IMG/VR virus record: IMGVR_UViG_3300020460_000012 | DNA length: 64,000 nucleotides | DNA from: a virus | Lineage: Duplodnaviria > Caudoviricetes | Strand: one strand, 5' to 3' | Part shown: positions 39,578 through 48,391 of the stretch, piece after piece | Position numbering within the stretch: position 1 is the first letter of the stretch | How the letters are laid out: each line of letters begins with the position of its first letter | Position numbers and translations under genes: made by a program | The notes under the pieces: generated by a model | Database searches by the model: none | What the model was told of the DNA's origin: nothing | Seen by the model: the letters and a program-made list of their open reading frames with translations, nothing else

Positions 39578-40286
39578 GGAAAAGGCAGAATTAGCAAAGT
39601 TTAGCTATTACAAAAATTATAAAGAGGGACTTATTCCTTCACCAAAGATGATGGATTTAGTATGCGAAACTCAATTAGCGGCTTTGGGTGATTTTGTTCC
39701 ACTAAAAATAAAAATAAAATTAGGTAATTTTAAAAAAGAAATATCTAAGTATGATGGCAAGTGGGTTCCTTACCTTGCAAGAGAAGGTGAACAAAATGAT
39801 AGGCAAGGACTTAATTATGTAGGACTTGAGGGAGATACTCCATACGATAGTATTAGCTTGCCTGAAGTTAGAAAGCGTACAGGAAAACTATTACGTGAAA
39901 CTGATTTTACAGTTCCTACAGAATTATTTGAAACACTACCTAGTTTAAAGCCTATTACTAGTATTTGGCCAACACTTGGACGTTGTACTCTTGTAAAAGT
40001 AAACAAAGGAGGATGGTTTCCTTATCATAGAGATAGTGTATTAATTAATAGAAATACTTTTAGGATTATAGCCTTTCTTACTAACACAGGTCACGAAAGC
40101 TACCAATGGGAACATGATTATGCATTACGTAATATAGAAGAAGGCAGATGCTACTATGTAAATACACAAAAAGCACATAGGACGCATAGTTATGTTCATG
40201 ATAGTATACATTTAGTTATGAATGTACCAAAAACTTTTGATAATATCTTAAGGACAATGGATTTACTAAAACACGGCGAGACCTAA
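39564..40286 (+). CDS. 2OG-Fe(II) oxygenase (Asp/Asn beta-hydroxylase-like), 240 aa
   Basis: HRD triad in GWFPYHRD, distal His in NTQKAH, and IHLVMNV. Confidence 0.65.
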   Translation: MITDKEKAELAKFSYYKNYKEGLIPSPKMMDLVCETQLAALGDFVPLKIKIKLGNFKKEISKYDGKWVPYLAREGEQNDRQGLNYVGLEGDTPYDSISLPEVRKRTGKLLRETDFTVPTELFETLPSLKPITSIWPTLGRCTLVKVNKGGWFPYHRDSVLINRNTFRIIAFLTNTGHESYQWEHDYALRNIEEGRCYYVNTQKAHRTHSYVHDSIHLVMNVPKTFDNILRTMDLLKHGET

Positions 40287-41002
40287 TGCGTGACCCTTCT
40301 ACAATAAAAAAGTTACAAGATAGAATGTCTCCTGCTTATTGCATAAGCAACTTTCTTACCGAACAAAATTTATCTGATTTATATAGTGTTTGGTTAAGCA
40401 CTCAAGATAGTGCAATAGAAAAAAACACCGGCCCTATAACTGTAAACTTAAAAGACATTCGACACGAAAAAATCATAAAAGATGTAATACAAAAAATTAA
40501 AAATGAAATAGGCGAGGATTGTGAATGTTGGGGCGGGCAATTTTTTTATACAAATGTTCCTTATGTAGTACACAACGACGATGACATTGATAGATTTCCA
40601 AATGCATATAAAGCCTTTAGTATGCCAATAAAAGTTTGGCCAGAAGAGAAAGAAAGTTCTCTAACTGAATTAATTTTGTTTGAACAATCATATTTTAACG
40701 GTCCTGCAAAGTTTTTTAAAGGAGGCCCTATACAACAAACTTATTATAATGTTGCAGTATATGATTACAAAGATGTCAAAAATATAAAAGATATACCTAT
40801 TCCAAAAGCAATTACCAATAAATTATTGCCTCATTTAAAAAGTGAATGGTTGCAAGGATTAAGTATTGATAATAAATTTTCTTGGCAAATAGGAGATGCA
40901 ATAGTTTTTGATTCTCTTAAGTTACATGCAAGCACAGACTTTAGGAAAAAAGGTATACAATCGAAATTAGGTCTAAGTTTATTTTTTGAGAAAGCATTAT
41001 GA
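40286..41002 (+). CDS. 2OG-Fe(II) oxygenase-like protein, 238 aa
   Basis: VVHND and FDSLKLHAS. Confidence 0.55.
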   Translation: MRDPSTIKKLQDRMSPAYCISNFLTEQNLSDLYSVWLSTQDSAIEKNTGPITVNLKDIRHEKIIKDVIQKIKNEIGEDCECWGGQFFYTNVPYVVHNDDDIDRFPNAYKAFSMPIKVWPEEKESSLTELILFEQSYFNGPAKFFKGGPIQQTYYNVAVYDYKDVKNIKDIPIPKAITNKLLPHLKSEWLQGLSIDNKFSWQIGDAIVFDSLKLHASTDFRKKGIQSKLGLSLFFEKAL

Positions 41003-41562
41003 GATTAGAAACATTCAATCATAAAACTATAAATGAGAGTCAGAGATACGCATTAGAAAGTCTATCTAAATACGCAAGTACATTAGATGATCCTGCCGCA
41101 AAAAATTATGCTGTAGAAGATTGGGAAGAAAGGGTAGACACTTTATTATATGCTTTTTACAAGAAAAAAAGATTTGAAATATTTAATATTTTATATCATC
41201 AAGATACACCTATAGCAATGGCAGGAGCATATGTTTTTAATCACCAACCAATCATTGGAGTAAGAACATTTACCCATCCAGATTTTAGAGGTGGAGGACA
41301 TTGGTGTCAAGCAAGATACATACTTCCTGCTCAAATAGATTATTACGATGAAAAAGGATATAAAAAAGTATGGCTCACTTTTAATGATTATAATAAGCGT
41401 TTAGTAAATTTTATTAAACGTATAAGTGAAGGTAAATCTTCACATTTAGGTGGAGGCCCAAAAAAAATATATCAAAATCTCACATGGCATGACCAGCCAA
41501 AGACTGTACAATACACAAAACAAATAATTGCCGAACTAGTTATTGCTGACTATAAATCCTGA
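40999..41562 (+). CDS. GNAT-like acyltransferase, 187 aa
   Basis: RTFTHPDFRGGG resembles the acyl-CoA-binding motif A. Confidence 0.5.
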   Translation: MRLETFNHKTINESQRYALESLSKYASTLDDPAAKNYAVEDWEERVDTLLYAFYKKKRFEIFNILYHQDTPIAMAGAYVFNHQPIIGVRTFTHPDFRGGGHWCQARYILPAQIDYYDEKGYKKVWLTFNDYNKRLVNFIKRISEGKSSHLGGGPKKIYQNLTWHDQPKTVQYTKQIIAELVIADYKS

Positions 41563-41568
41563 TAAATA
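41562..41568 (+). promoter_or_regulatory. T4-late-like promoter motif ATAAATA, 5 nt before ATG (possible leaderless mRNA)
   Basis: ATAAATA-ttaac-ATG(41574), with no SD sequence in between. Confidence 0.5.
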
Positions 41569-41573
41569 TTAAC

Positions 41574-42326
41574 ATGAAGGACATTTTTAGAGCAAATACA
41601 ACCTATTTTCCGTTTATACAAGCTGTCAGTACAGTAACATTTGTATACATGTTATTTCAGTCAGTGCCTATGCAATGGTGGTTGTTAAGCATGGCTATGT
41701 ATTTTTTAACTGGTTGTTTAGGTATAACTATAACTTTTCATAGGTATTTGACTCATAAAAGTTTTAAATTTAGATATAAATGGATGGAATATTTGTTTTC
41801 GTTTTTTGGTGCAATAGGTGGAACAGGCAGTTCAATAGGTTGGGTAGCTGTGCATAACGAACATCATAAAAATGCAGATCAACCAGGAGATCCTCATGCT
41901 CCACATAACGGTTTTTGGAATGTTATTATTCCTTCGTATGAATTTGATATGAACAAATGGGCTGTAAGAAGGCTTATAACAAACAAATTTCATTTAGCAT
42001 TACACAACTATTACTATTTGATATTATTAGTATGGTTTGCACTACTTTTCCTATTAGGTGGAAGTAATGTATTAATTTTTGCAGGTATTATTCCTGTTGC
42101 ATTTCAGATTTGGGCTAGCGTATTAAGTAATTACGGCAATCATAGTTGGGGGTACCGTAATTTTAAAACAAAAGAAGACAGTAGGAATACTTGGTGGTTA
42201 GCCGCAATTACATGGGGTGAAGGCTGGCATAATAATCATCATGCTAAGCCGGGTAAATGGAATTTTCAATATAAGTGGTGGGAACTTGACCCAAGTGCTT
42301 GGATAATTCGATTAGTTAAGATTTAA
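41574..42326 (+). CDS. Membrane fatty acid (acyl-CoA delta-9-type) desaturase, 250 aa
   Basis: Three His boxes: HRYLTH, HNEHH and HNNHH (in GEGWHNNHH). Hydrophobic TM segments. Confidence 0.9.
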   Translation: MKDIFRANTTYFPFIQAVSTVTFVYMLFQSVPMQWWLLSMAMYFLTGCLGITITFHRYLTHKSFKFRYKWMEYLFSFFGAIGGTGSSIGWVAVHNEHHKNADQPGDPHAPHNGFWNVIIPSYEFDMNKWAVRRLITNKFHLALHNYYYLILLVWFALLFLLGGSNVLIFAGIIPVAFQIWASVLSNYGNHSWGYRNFKTKEDSRNTWWLAAITWGEGWHNNHHAKPGKWNFQYKWWELDPSAWIIRLVKI

Positions 42327-43795
42327 TGTATCATGCAATTATTTTTACAGGTTTAGATGTAGGCTCCAAAAACTATTTTAGGCCACTGGGTGCTTATCGA
42401 ATAAGAACAGAGTTAGAGTCAAAAGGCTACAAAGTAAAAGTAATTGACTATTTCCATAATCTTGAAGATGAACATATTGAAACTGCGTTAGACAAATATG
42501 TTGGAAAAGAAACATTATGGGTCGGTTTTAGCACAACATTTTTTAACACTTCAGAATTATTAGCAAAAAGATCACCTTTTTTTGAAAGGCTACGCAAAAA
42601 ATATAGTGTGCCTTTTGTAATGGGAGGCGCAAAAAGTATTGTTGAATATTTAGATTGGGCAGATATTTTTATTACTGGTTATGCTGATGATGCAACAGTA
42701 GCAGTCACTAATTATCTTGCCGACAAAGGTCCTACTCCTGTATGGAGAGATTATAAAGGAAAAAAGGTAATAGATAGCAATCATCAATACGATAAAAAAG
42801 ATTTGTCAAACATAGGTGTTGTATGGAAACCAGAAGATGGCATAGATTCACGTCAAGCGTTACCTATGGAGATAGCAAGGGGCTGTATCTTTAATTGTGC
42901 ATTTTGTAATTTTCCATTGAACAATAAAACTAAATTTGATTATGTTAGAGTCAAAGATGATATGCAAAATGAATTTATAAGGAATTATGAAAATTTTGGT
43001 ACTACTAGCTATTGGTTAATGGATGATACTTATAATGATAGTATGCAAAAGTTAGAACTAATGCATGATATAATTACATCTCTTCCTTTTAAGATAAAAT
43101 TTGACACATATGTTAAACCCGAACTTTTAGTAAGATGGCCAGATCAAATAGATTTATTAGTAGAAACTGGTTTGCGTGGTGCAAGCTTTGGTGTTGAAAG
43201 TCTAAATACCCGTGCAAGACAAGCAATACAAAAAGGTGCTAATGCAGATAAGGTCCTCGATGCAATTACAAGTATGAAACAAAAAAGTAACGGACAAGTA
43301 AAGGTACAATGTAACTTTATAGTAGGACTACCTTATGAAGATGAGAAAAGCATTTGGAAAACACACGAGACTGTAATTAACCATGATGCAATAGATTGGT
43401 GGAATTGGTATCCCTTACTAATACATTCAAAAGATCATCATGAATATCATTCCCCAATAGATAGAGATCCAGCAAAATATGGATATGAAGTAGCAAGCAC
43501 TCCTGTGTTAATTAAAAACACAGGCGCAGGAAAAACAAATGCTTGGAATACAATGTGGCGTAATGATTATATGAATTCTATGACAGCTGGTAAATTAGCA
43601 GGAAAACTAAGAAATATGGATCAGCCATTATTAAAAATAGGCGGCTGGAGTTGTGGAAGCTACGAGAGTTTAGGTGTTGATGTAGACAAACATTATGAGA
43701 CATTTGACGGCATGGAAAAAGATTTACCTATCGACAGTATGTTACAAAATAAGAAAAAAATAATAGATGATTATATTCAAAAAGAAATAGTATAG
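42326..43795 (+). CDS. Cobalamin-binding (class B) radical SAM enzyme, 489 aa
   Basis: N-terminal B12-binding-like region (VGFSTT, VMGG). EIARGCIFNCAFC, DDTYN, GVES and FIVGLP. TAATG overlap with the desaturase. Confidence 0.8.
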   Translation: MYHAIIFTGLDVGSKNYFRPLGAYRIRTELESKGYKVKVIDYFHNLEDEHIETALDKYVGKETLWVGFSTTFFNTSELLAKRSPFFERLRKKYSVPFVMGGAKSIVEYLDWADIFITGYADDATVAVTNYLADKGPTPVWRDYKGKKVIDSNHQYDKKDLSNIGVVWKPEDGIDSRQALPMEIARGCIFNCAFCNFPLNNKTKFDYVRVKDDMQNEFIRNYENFGTTSYWLMDDTYNDSMQKLELMHDIITSLPFKIKFDTYVKPELLVRWPDQIDLLVETGLRGASFGVESLNTRARQAIQKGANADKVLDAITSMKQKSNGQVKVQCNFIVGLPYEDEKSIWKTHETVINHDAIDWWNWYPLLIHSKDHHEYHSPIDRDPAKYGYEVASTPVLIKNTGAGKTNAWNTMWRNDYMNSMTAGKLAGKLRNMDQPLLKIGGWSCGSYESLGVDVDKHYETFDGMEKDLPIDSMLQNKKKIIDDYIQKEIV

Positions 43796-44370
43796 TCTTT
43801 ATATTTTTCCAAACTTCTTTTTAATATTTCTTGATGTTTTTCTTTGTTTAATTTGCCTAATATAGTCATAATAATTTTTCTATCTGGTGATTTAGGCAAA
43901 TCTGCCGCATGTAGTGCATCATAATTGTTTATAGCAAACCATTTTGTCAAATGATTAGGATGATTTATATATATCTTATCTTCAACATCTCTTTTTTCTT
44001 GAAAGTACATTAATGGTTTATCGTATACCATAAAAGCTTTGTATGAACCAGGTTCATCTTCTTTGTCAGGCCTTGATCCTACGTCTTGATGTAACTGACA
44101 AGGTATTTTTTGTTCTAAAAAATTTACATATACAACATCATTATATGGTAAGTGGTTATACAATATATCTTGAAAGTTAGGGATCACTTTTAAAAATCTA
44201 TTACACCATCCGTAATCTTTATGAAAAGCAAAACTTACAAGCCAAGGAGCAATAAAGTCTTTTGTTGAATATGCAATATTGTCTTGATTACGTTTCCTTT
44301 TTGATTCGTGCCATTTGATAAACTCATCACGATCAACTTTCATCTCTGGTAGGTCTATAGGAGTATACAT
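43777..44370 (-). CDS. 2OG-Fe(II) oxygenase-like protein
   Basis: ATG at 44370 overlaps the upstream stop (TAATG). LHQD and INNYDALHAA. Paralogue of 44370-45077. Confidence 0.5.
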   Translation of the reverse strand: MYTPIDLPEMKVDRDEFIKWHESKRKRNQDNIAYSTKDFIAPWLVSFAFHKDYGWCNRFLKVIPNFQDILYNHLPYNDVVYVNFLEQKIPCQLHQDVGSRPDKEDEPGSYKAFMVYDKPLMYFQEKRDVEDKIYINHPNHLTKWFAINNYDALHAADLPKSPDRKIIMTILGKLNKEKHQEILKRSLEKYKDYTISF

Positions 44371-45077
44371 TAATACCATATTTGATACTCCTTGTGTTTT
44401 TTTGTACTAGCTTCTAATAACGAAAATAGTCTATCTTTATCGTAATCACCTATTATTGCACATGTAATTCTACTTCCTGTTGGTGTAGGATTTTCATCAA
44501 TACCGTGCCATGCCCTATAACTATTTAACATCCAAGCACAACGGTCTTTGGGAAATTTTGCGTATATTTTTTCATCTTTACAAAAATCTAAATGATTTCG
44601 TCTTTCTTTAAGTGGATTACCTTCAGGATCTTCCATAGTACGTATCCTATGGTTATGAGGCTCTTTCATTCTACTAAAGTAAAGTGCTTCTTTAGTTTTA
44701 TTTTTTAAATAAAATCTCATACCCCAAAAGTCATCTGGATCACTATGAGGTTCAACTTTAGATCCTCCGATTTGATTTAAAAAACTTATGCTTTTCATTT
44801 GTGTAAAAGGAAATAAATTTAAATAGTCGACAAGTTCAGGAAAGCGTTTATCAAAATTACAAATCCATGGTTCTTCTGATTCATATGTATTCCACCATTT
44901 CGCCCAACTAATATGCCAGCAATAGCCTCCGTATAAATTTGTGCTATTAACTTTGTTTTGATTATGTTTTAGCATGTATGATTTTTGATCACTATGCCAA
45001 GATATAAATTCGTCCATATCAATTTCTGGAGGATCAGGAAGATCTAAGGGCGAAAATATTAAATTTTTCCAATCCAT
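44370..45077 (-). CDS. 2OG-Fe(II) oxygenase-like protein, 235 aa
   Basis: PHSD, LNSYRAWHGI and distal RIT. Confidence 0.55.
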   Translation of the reverse strand: MDWKNLIFSPLDLPDPPEIDMDEFISWHSDQKSYMLKHNQNKVNSTNLYGGYCWHISWAKWWNTYESEEPWICNFDKRFPELVDYLNLFPFTQMKSISFLNQIGGSKVEPHSDPDDFWGMRFYLKNKTKEALYFSRMKEPHNHRIRTMEDPEGNPLKERRNHLDFCKDEKIYAKFPKDRCAWMLNSYRAWHGIDENPTPTGSRITCAIIGDYDKDRLFSLLEASTKKHKEYQIWY

Positions 45078-45752
45078 TTATTTCTTTCTGCCAAATACTC
45101 TAATCTGCACTCTAGGCGAAAAAATTTCTGTGGTACAATGTGGCATACTATCATCAAAGTGCCAACATTTATATTTTGATTCATCAACTTCGTGCATCTC
45201 TTTTCCTACTCTGTATTGCAAATGACCGCCACCATCAGAAACATTTAGTGTTATAGCAACACCACCGTTCCTAAAATATAATAAATTATCTCTGTATCTA
45301 GCATCTGCATGCACTATACCTTTACTAGGTGGAGTTTGACCTACAAGTCTAACACAACTTACATATTTAAGATTAAACTTGTTTACAATTTCTATTAGAC
45401 TTTGTGGTGTATCTTCTTTCCATTTCCATGCAGTATCATACACATGCCAAATAGGACTTCTACCTCTAAATGTATCTAAATAACAAGTATTCTCTGTTTC
45501 AGGAATGCCGGGGATATGTGTAAAGTTATAGTTTACAAATGTTTTATATTTGTTTTCTACTAGATTACGGTTTTCATCGTAATGAGTGACATCATCGTAC
45601 TGTTCAAAGTAACCATCTTTATCATAATTACTACGTCCGTCAGTGTAAATAACAGTAGCGAGAAAGCTTTTATCAAACATATTTGTTGACATTAAGTCCG
45701 CATAAAGACTTTGCTGATCAAAGTCAACATCTATAGGTACAAAAGCATTCAT
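45078..45752 (-). CDS. 2OG-Fe(II) oxygenase-like protein (AspH-like), 224 aa
   Basis: VHAD, FDDSMPHCT and PRVQIRVFG. Confidence 0.55.
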   Translation of the reverse strand: MNAFVPIDVDFDQQSLYADLMSTNMFDKSFLATVIYTDGRSNYDKDGYFEQYDDVTHYDENRNLVENKYKTFVNYNFTHIPGIPETENTCYLDTFRGRSPIWHVYDTAWKWKEDTPQSLIEIVNKFNLKYVSCVRLVGQTPPSKGIVHADARYRDNLLYFRNGGVAITLNVSDGGGHLQYRVGKEMHEVDESKYKCWHFDDSMPHCTTEIFSPRVQIRVFGRKK

Positions 45753-45767
45753 ATAAGTATTTATTTA
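45753..45767. promoter_or_regulatory. Overlapping divergent late-like promoter motifs
   Basis: Minus-strand TAAATA occurs twice (45758-63 and 45762-67), the nearer copy 5 nt from the ATG at 45752. Plus-strand ATAAGTA (45753-59) lies upstream of the ATG at 45777. Confidence 0.45.
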
Positions 45768-45776
45768 GGGGTATTG

Positions 45777-46658
45777 ATGGTACAAACATTTCCGATATCA
45801 GCTTTAACACATAATAATTATTTTACTACGTCTGGTCACGGTTCAAGATGGAAAGTAAAATTGAAATCAGGTGACAGGTTTCCAGATAATTATTACAAGG
45901 AAAGTATTAGAGCCGCTCGGCTACTAGACTCTTCAATTGACGCACCTTTGGTATTATTGTTCAGTGGTGGTTTAGATAGTGAATATATGGTGAATGTTTT
46001 TATTAAATCGGGTGTAGAATTTAAAGTAGCAATTATAAGTTACGGAGATTATAATAAACATGATAACAAGTATGCCTTTGAATTTTGCAAAAAGCGTAAC
46101 ATAGAGCCTATTGTTATTGATGTCGATATAGAGAAATTTATTACTAGTGGCAGAATAATTGAAATAGCAAATGAAGCCAAATGTTGTGCTTATCAGATTC
46201 CTAGTATTATGGAAGGTATACTTAAAGTAGATGGTGCTGTAATAATGGCAAACGGAGAACCTTATGTAAAAAACTTTGATGGTGATTGGCGATGGGAAGA
46301 AACTGAAAGAGTCAATAGTTATATGAATTGGTACAAACAAAAAAATATTCTTGGTACACCGGATTTTTTAAGATATACTCCTCAAATGACAGCAGGTTTT
46401 TTGTTAGAACCTAGGGTAATGAAATTAGTGAACAATGAATTACCTGGAAAATTAAGCACTAGAACTAGTAAACATATAATATACAGTCAAAACTTTGACC
46501 TTGCAAAAAGATCAAAATTTACAGGCTGGGAAAAATTAGAACAAACTGATTTTATGAATAACGAAGTATTCCGTGAATTTGATTTATTAAAGAAAAAGTA
46601 TGACGGGGTTTTCGAAATGCAATACCAAGCTTTACTTGATATACTTTTACCTACATAA
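45777..46658 (+). CDS. PP-loop (adenine nucleotide alpha-hydrolase; asparagine-synthetase/QueC-like fold) protein
   Basis: ATG at 45777 is preferred. PP-loop LLFSGGLDSE. Lacks the QueC Zn-binding Cys cluster. Confidence 0.55.
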   Translation: MVQTFPISALTHNNYFTTSGHGSRWKVKLKSGDRFPDNYYKESIRAARLLDSSIDAPLVLLFSGGLDSEYMVNVFIKSGVEFKVAIISYGDYNKHDNKYAFEFCKKRNIEPIVIDVDIEKFITSGRIIEIANEAKCCAYQIPSIMEGILKVDGAVIMANGEPYVKNFDGDWRWEETERVNSYMNWYKQKNILGTPDFLRYTPQMTAGFLLEPRVMKLVNNELPGKLSTRTSKHIIYSQNFDLAKRSKFTGWEKLEQTDFMNNEVFREFDLLKKKYDGVFEMQYQALLDILLPT

Positions 46659-47067
46659 AACCGTCACCATCAGCGCCTCTTTGAGCTACGCCTTCTGGAT
46701 CTAATTCATCTTTCCTAGGGTGTTGTATACGAGTCTCTTGTCTTTCTGCCGCAAATTCTGCAAATTCATCAAAACTCATATCTTCTACTGTGGTTTCAAT
46801 AAAACCTGTACCTGATTCAAGGTATGCTCTATGAGGAGCCATCTTTGTTACAGCTTCGTCAGAATCTAAAATGAATACACAATGAATATTATCGCCATTA
46901 TGTTCATAGTTTCTAAACCATATATCACCTTCGTCGGTCATAGTTTTCAATCCATTAAACATAGTTTCAAATTTAGCTTTATCATTGTCTAGTTCATCAA
47001 TCATTTCAGTGACAAATTGGGTAATGCGTCTACCGTTGTGAGGAAATTTCAATGTAACTTTCTTCAT
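46651..47067 (-). CDS. Hypothetical protein, 138 aa
   Basis: AAGGAG RBS and its own upstream ATAAATA. No recognisable motif. Confidence 0.75.
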   Translation of the reverse strand: MKKVTLKFPHNGRRITQFVTEMIDELDNDKAKFETMFNGLKTMTDEGDIWFRNYEHNGDNIHCVFILDSDEAVTKMAPHRAYLESGTGFIETTVEDMSFDEFAEFAAERQETRIQHPRKDELDPEGVAQRGADGDGFM

Positions 47068-47086
47068 GTTGACTCCTTATTACTAG

Positions 47087-47093
47087 TATTTAT
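47087..47093 (-). promoter_or_regulatory. T4-late-like promoter motif ATAAATA
   Basis: Upstream of the RBS for 46651-47067, in the gap between divergent genes. Confidence 0.5.
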
Positions 47094-47130
47094 CATTTAT
47101 CACAATAGCTTTATGCTATACAGATACCGG

Positions 47131-47137
47131 TTAAATA
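47131..47137 (+). promoter_or_regulatory. T4-late-like promoter motif TTAAATA, 4 nt before ATG (possible leaderless mRNA)
   Basis: TTAAATA-ccat-ATG(47142), no SD sequence. Confidence 0.5.
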
Positions 47138-47141
47138 CCAT

Positions 47142-47702
47142 ATGCAGTATTTTATTCTTAACAATCTTATTTATGACACAAATTTACTAAAACAAAACAT
47201 TAAGAATATACAAAATTGGGAGTACTATGGGTCAGGCAGAACTAGATTAGGTGTTGTGCTTTCTGACAAAGATACAATAAAGCATATAGCTTCCAAATTC
47301 AATAAACCTAAAGATATAATTTATAAAATAGAATCAAACTGTATACATCCATACGAAAGAGTGTTACCTCATACTGATCACGATAGAAGAGTAACATGTA
47401 ATATTCCAGTAAGTGGTGATTTTGATAATAGCTTTGTTAAGTTTTATGCTAATAATACTACTGGATCTGCAATACCTGTTGCACCCAACACTACAAAACC
47501 TAACACTGCAAAGAGATATGATAATGCAGAAATGTTAGGAAAAGTTAGTTACACAAAACCTATTTGTTTTGATACGCAAAATATACATGGTGTAGATAAT
47601 CTAACAAAAGAAATACGTTATATTATTACTATATCATTTCGGCTAGATCTAAGCTATGAAAATATATTAAATATGTACAACAATGGAGATCTGCTTAAAT
47701 GA
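47142..47702 (+). CDS. 2OG-Fe(II) oxygenase-like protein, 186 aa
   Basis: PHTD, FDTQNIHGV and RYIITISF. Confidence 0.6.
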   Translation: MQYFILNNLIYDTNLLKQNIKNIQNWEYYGSGRTRLGVVLSDKDTIKHIASKFNKPKDIIYKIESNCIHPYERVLPHTDHDRRVTCNIPVSGDFDNSFVKFYANNTTGSAIPVAPNTTKPNTAKRYDNAEMLGKVSYTKPICFDTQNIHGVDNLTKEIRYIITISFRLDLSYENILNMYNNGDLLK

Positions 47703-48391
47703 TTCAAGGATATGAAATAATCAAAAATTGCTTTGATCCTGTTGATCTTGCAAAGTGTAGTCAAGATCTTCTTGATAGGAAAGAAGATTCGTATATCTAT
47801 GAACATGATGGTAGTATAAGGAGTGTGTTTGCACCACATTGGTATAATAAAAATGTTGAAAAGTTTGTGTATAATAATCCTGCAATTCCTCGTATAAAAG
47901 AATTAATAGCAGATGAAATATATGTGCATCAAGTACATTTTAATTACAAATTAGCAGGTGTAGGCGGAGAATATGCATGGCATAGCGATTATACATTTTG
48001 GCATTACTATGATGGCATGCCCAATCCAAACGCTATAAGTGCCCTGTATCTTTTGGACGACATGACAGATGAAAATGGACCATTAGAAGTAAAGATTAAT
48101 AGTCATAAAGGACCAGTCCAAAAACCTCCAAAAGGGGAGTGGACTATAAAGCATGACAGTAAGGAACTACCTATAAAAACACCGTCTAAGACTGCATATA
48201 AGCGTCATACAGTGCTTGGCAAAGCTGGTGATGTAGTTTTGATGCATGCTAATTTACTACACGCTAGCAAGGCAAATAAGAGCCATAAAAACCGAAAAGT
48301 GCTATTTATATGCTATAATTCGCTAAAAAACGCCACGACAGAGGCGTTAAGACCTGGTTATATTACCCTAAAAAATTTTAAGACTGTTTAG
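47699..48391 (+). CDS. Phytanoyl-CoA dioxygenase family, ectoine hydroxylase (EctD)-like, 230 aa
   Basis: YAWHSDYTFWHYYDGMP resembles the EctD signature FxWHSDFETWHxEDGMP. Also LDDMTDENGPL, HANLLHAS and RKVLFICYN. Confidence 0.75.
   Translation: MIQGYEIIKNCFDPVDLAKCSQDLLDRKEDSYIYEHDGSIRSVFAPHWYNKNVEKFVYNNPAIPRIKELIADEIYVHQVHFNYKLAGVGGEYAWHSDYTFWHYYDGMPNPNAISALYLLDDMTDENGPLEVKINSHKGPVQKPPKGEWTIKHDSKELPIKTPSKTAYKRHTVLGKAGDVVLMHANLLHASKANKSHKNRKVLFICYNSLKNATTEALRPGYITLKNFKTV

Noticed and set aside
45777-46658. Calling the PP-loop protein QueC because queE is present
   Set aside because: It lacks the C-terminal Zn-binding Cys cluster of QueC and lies 17 kb from queE.
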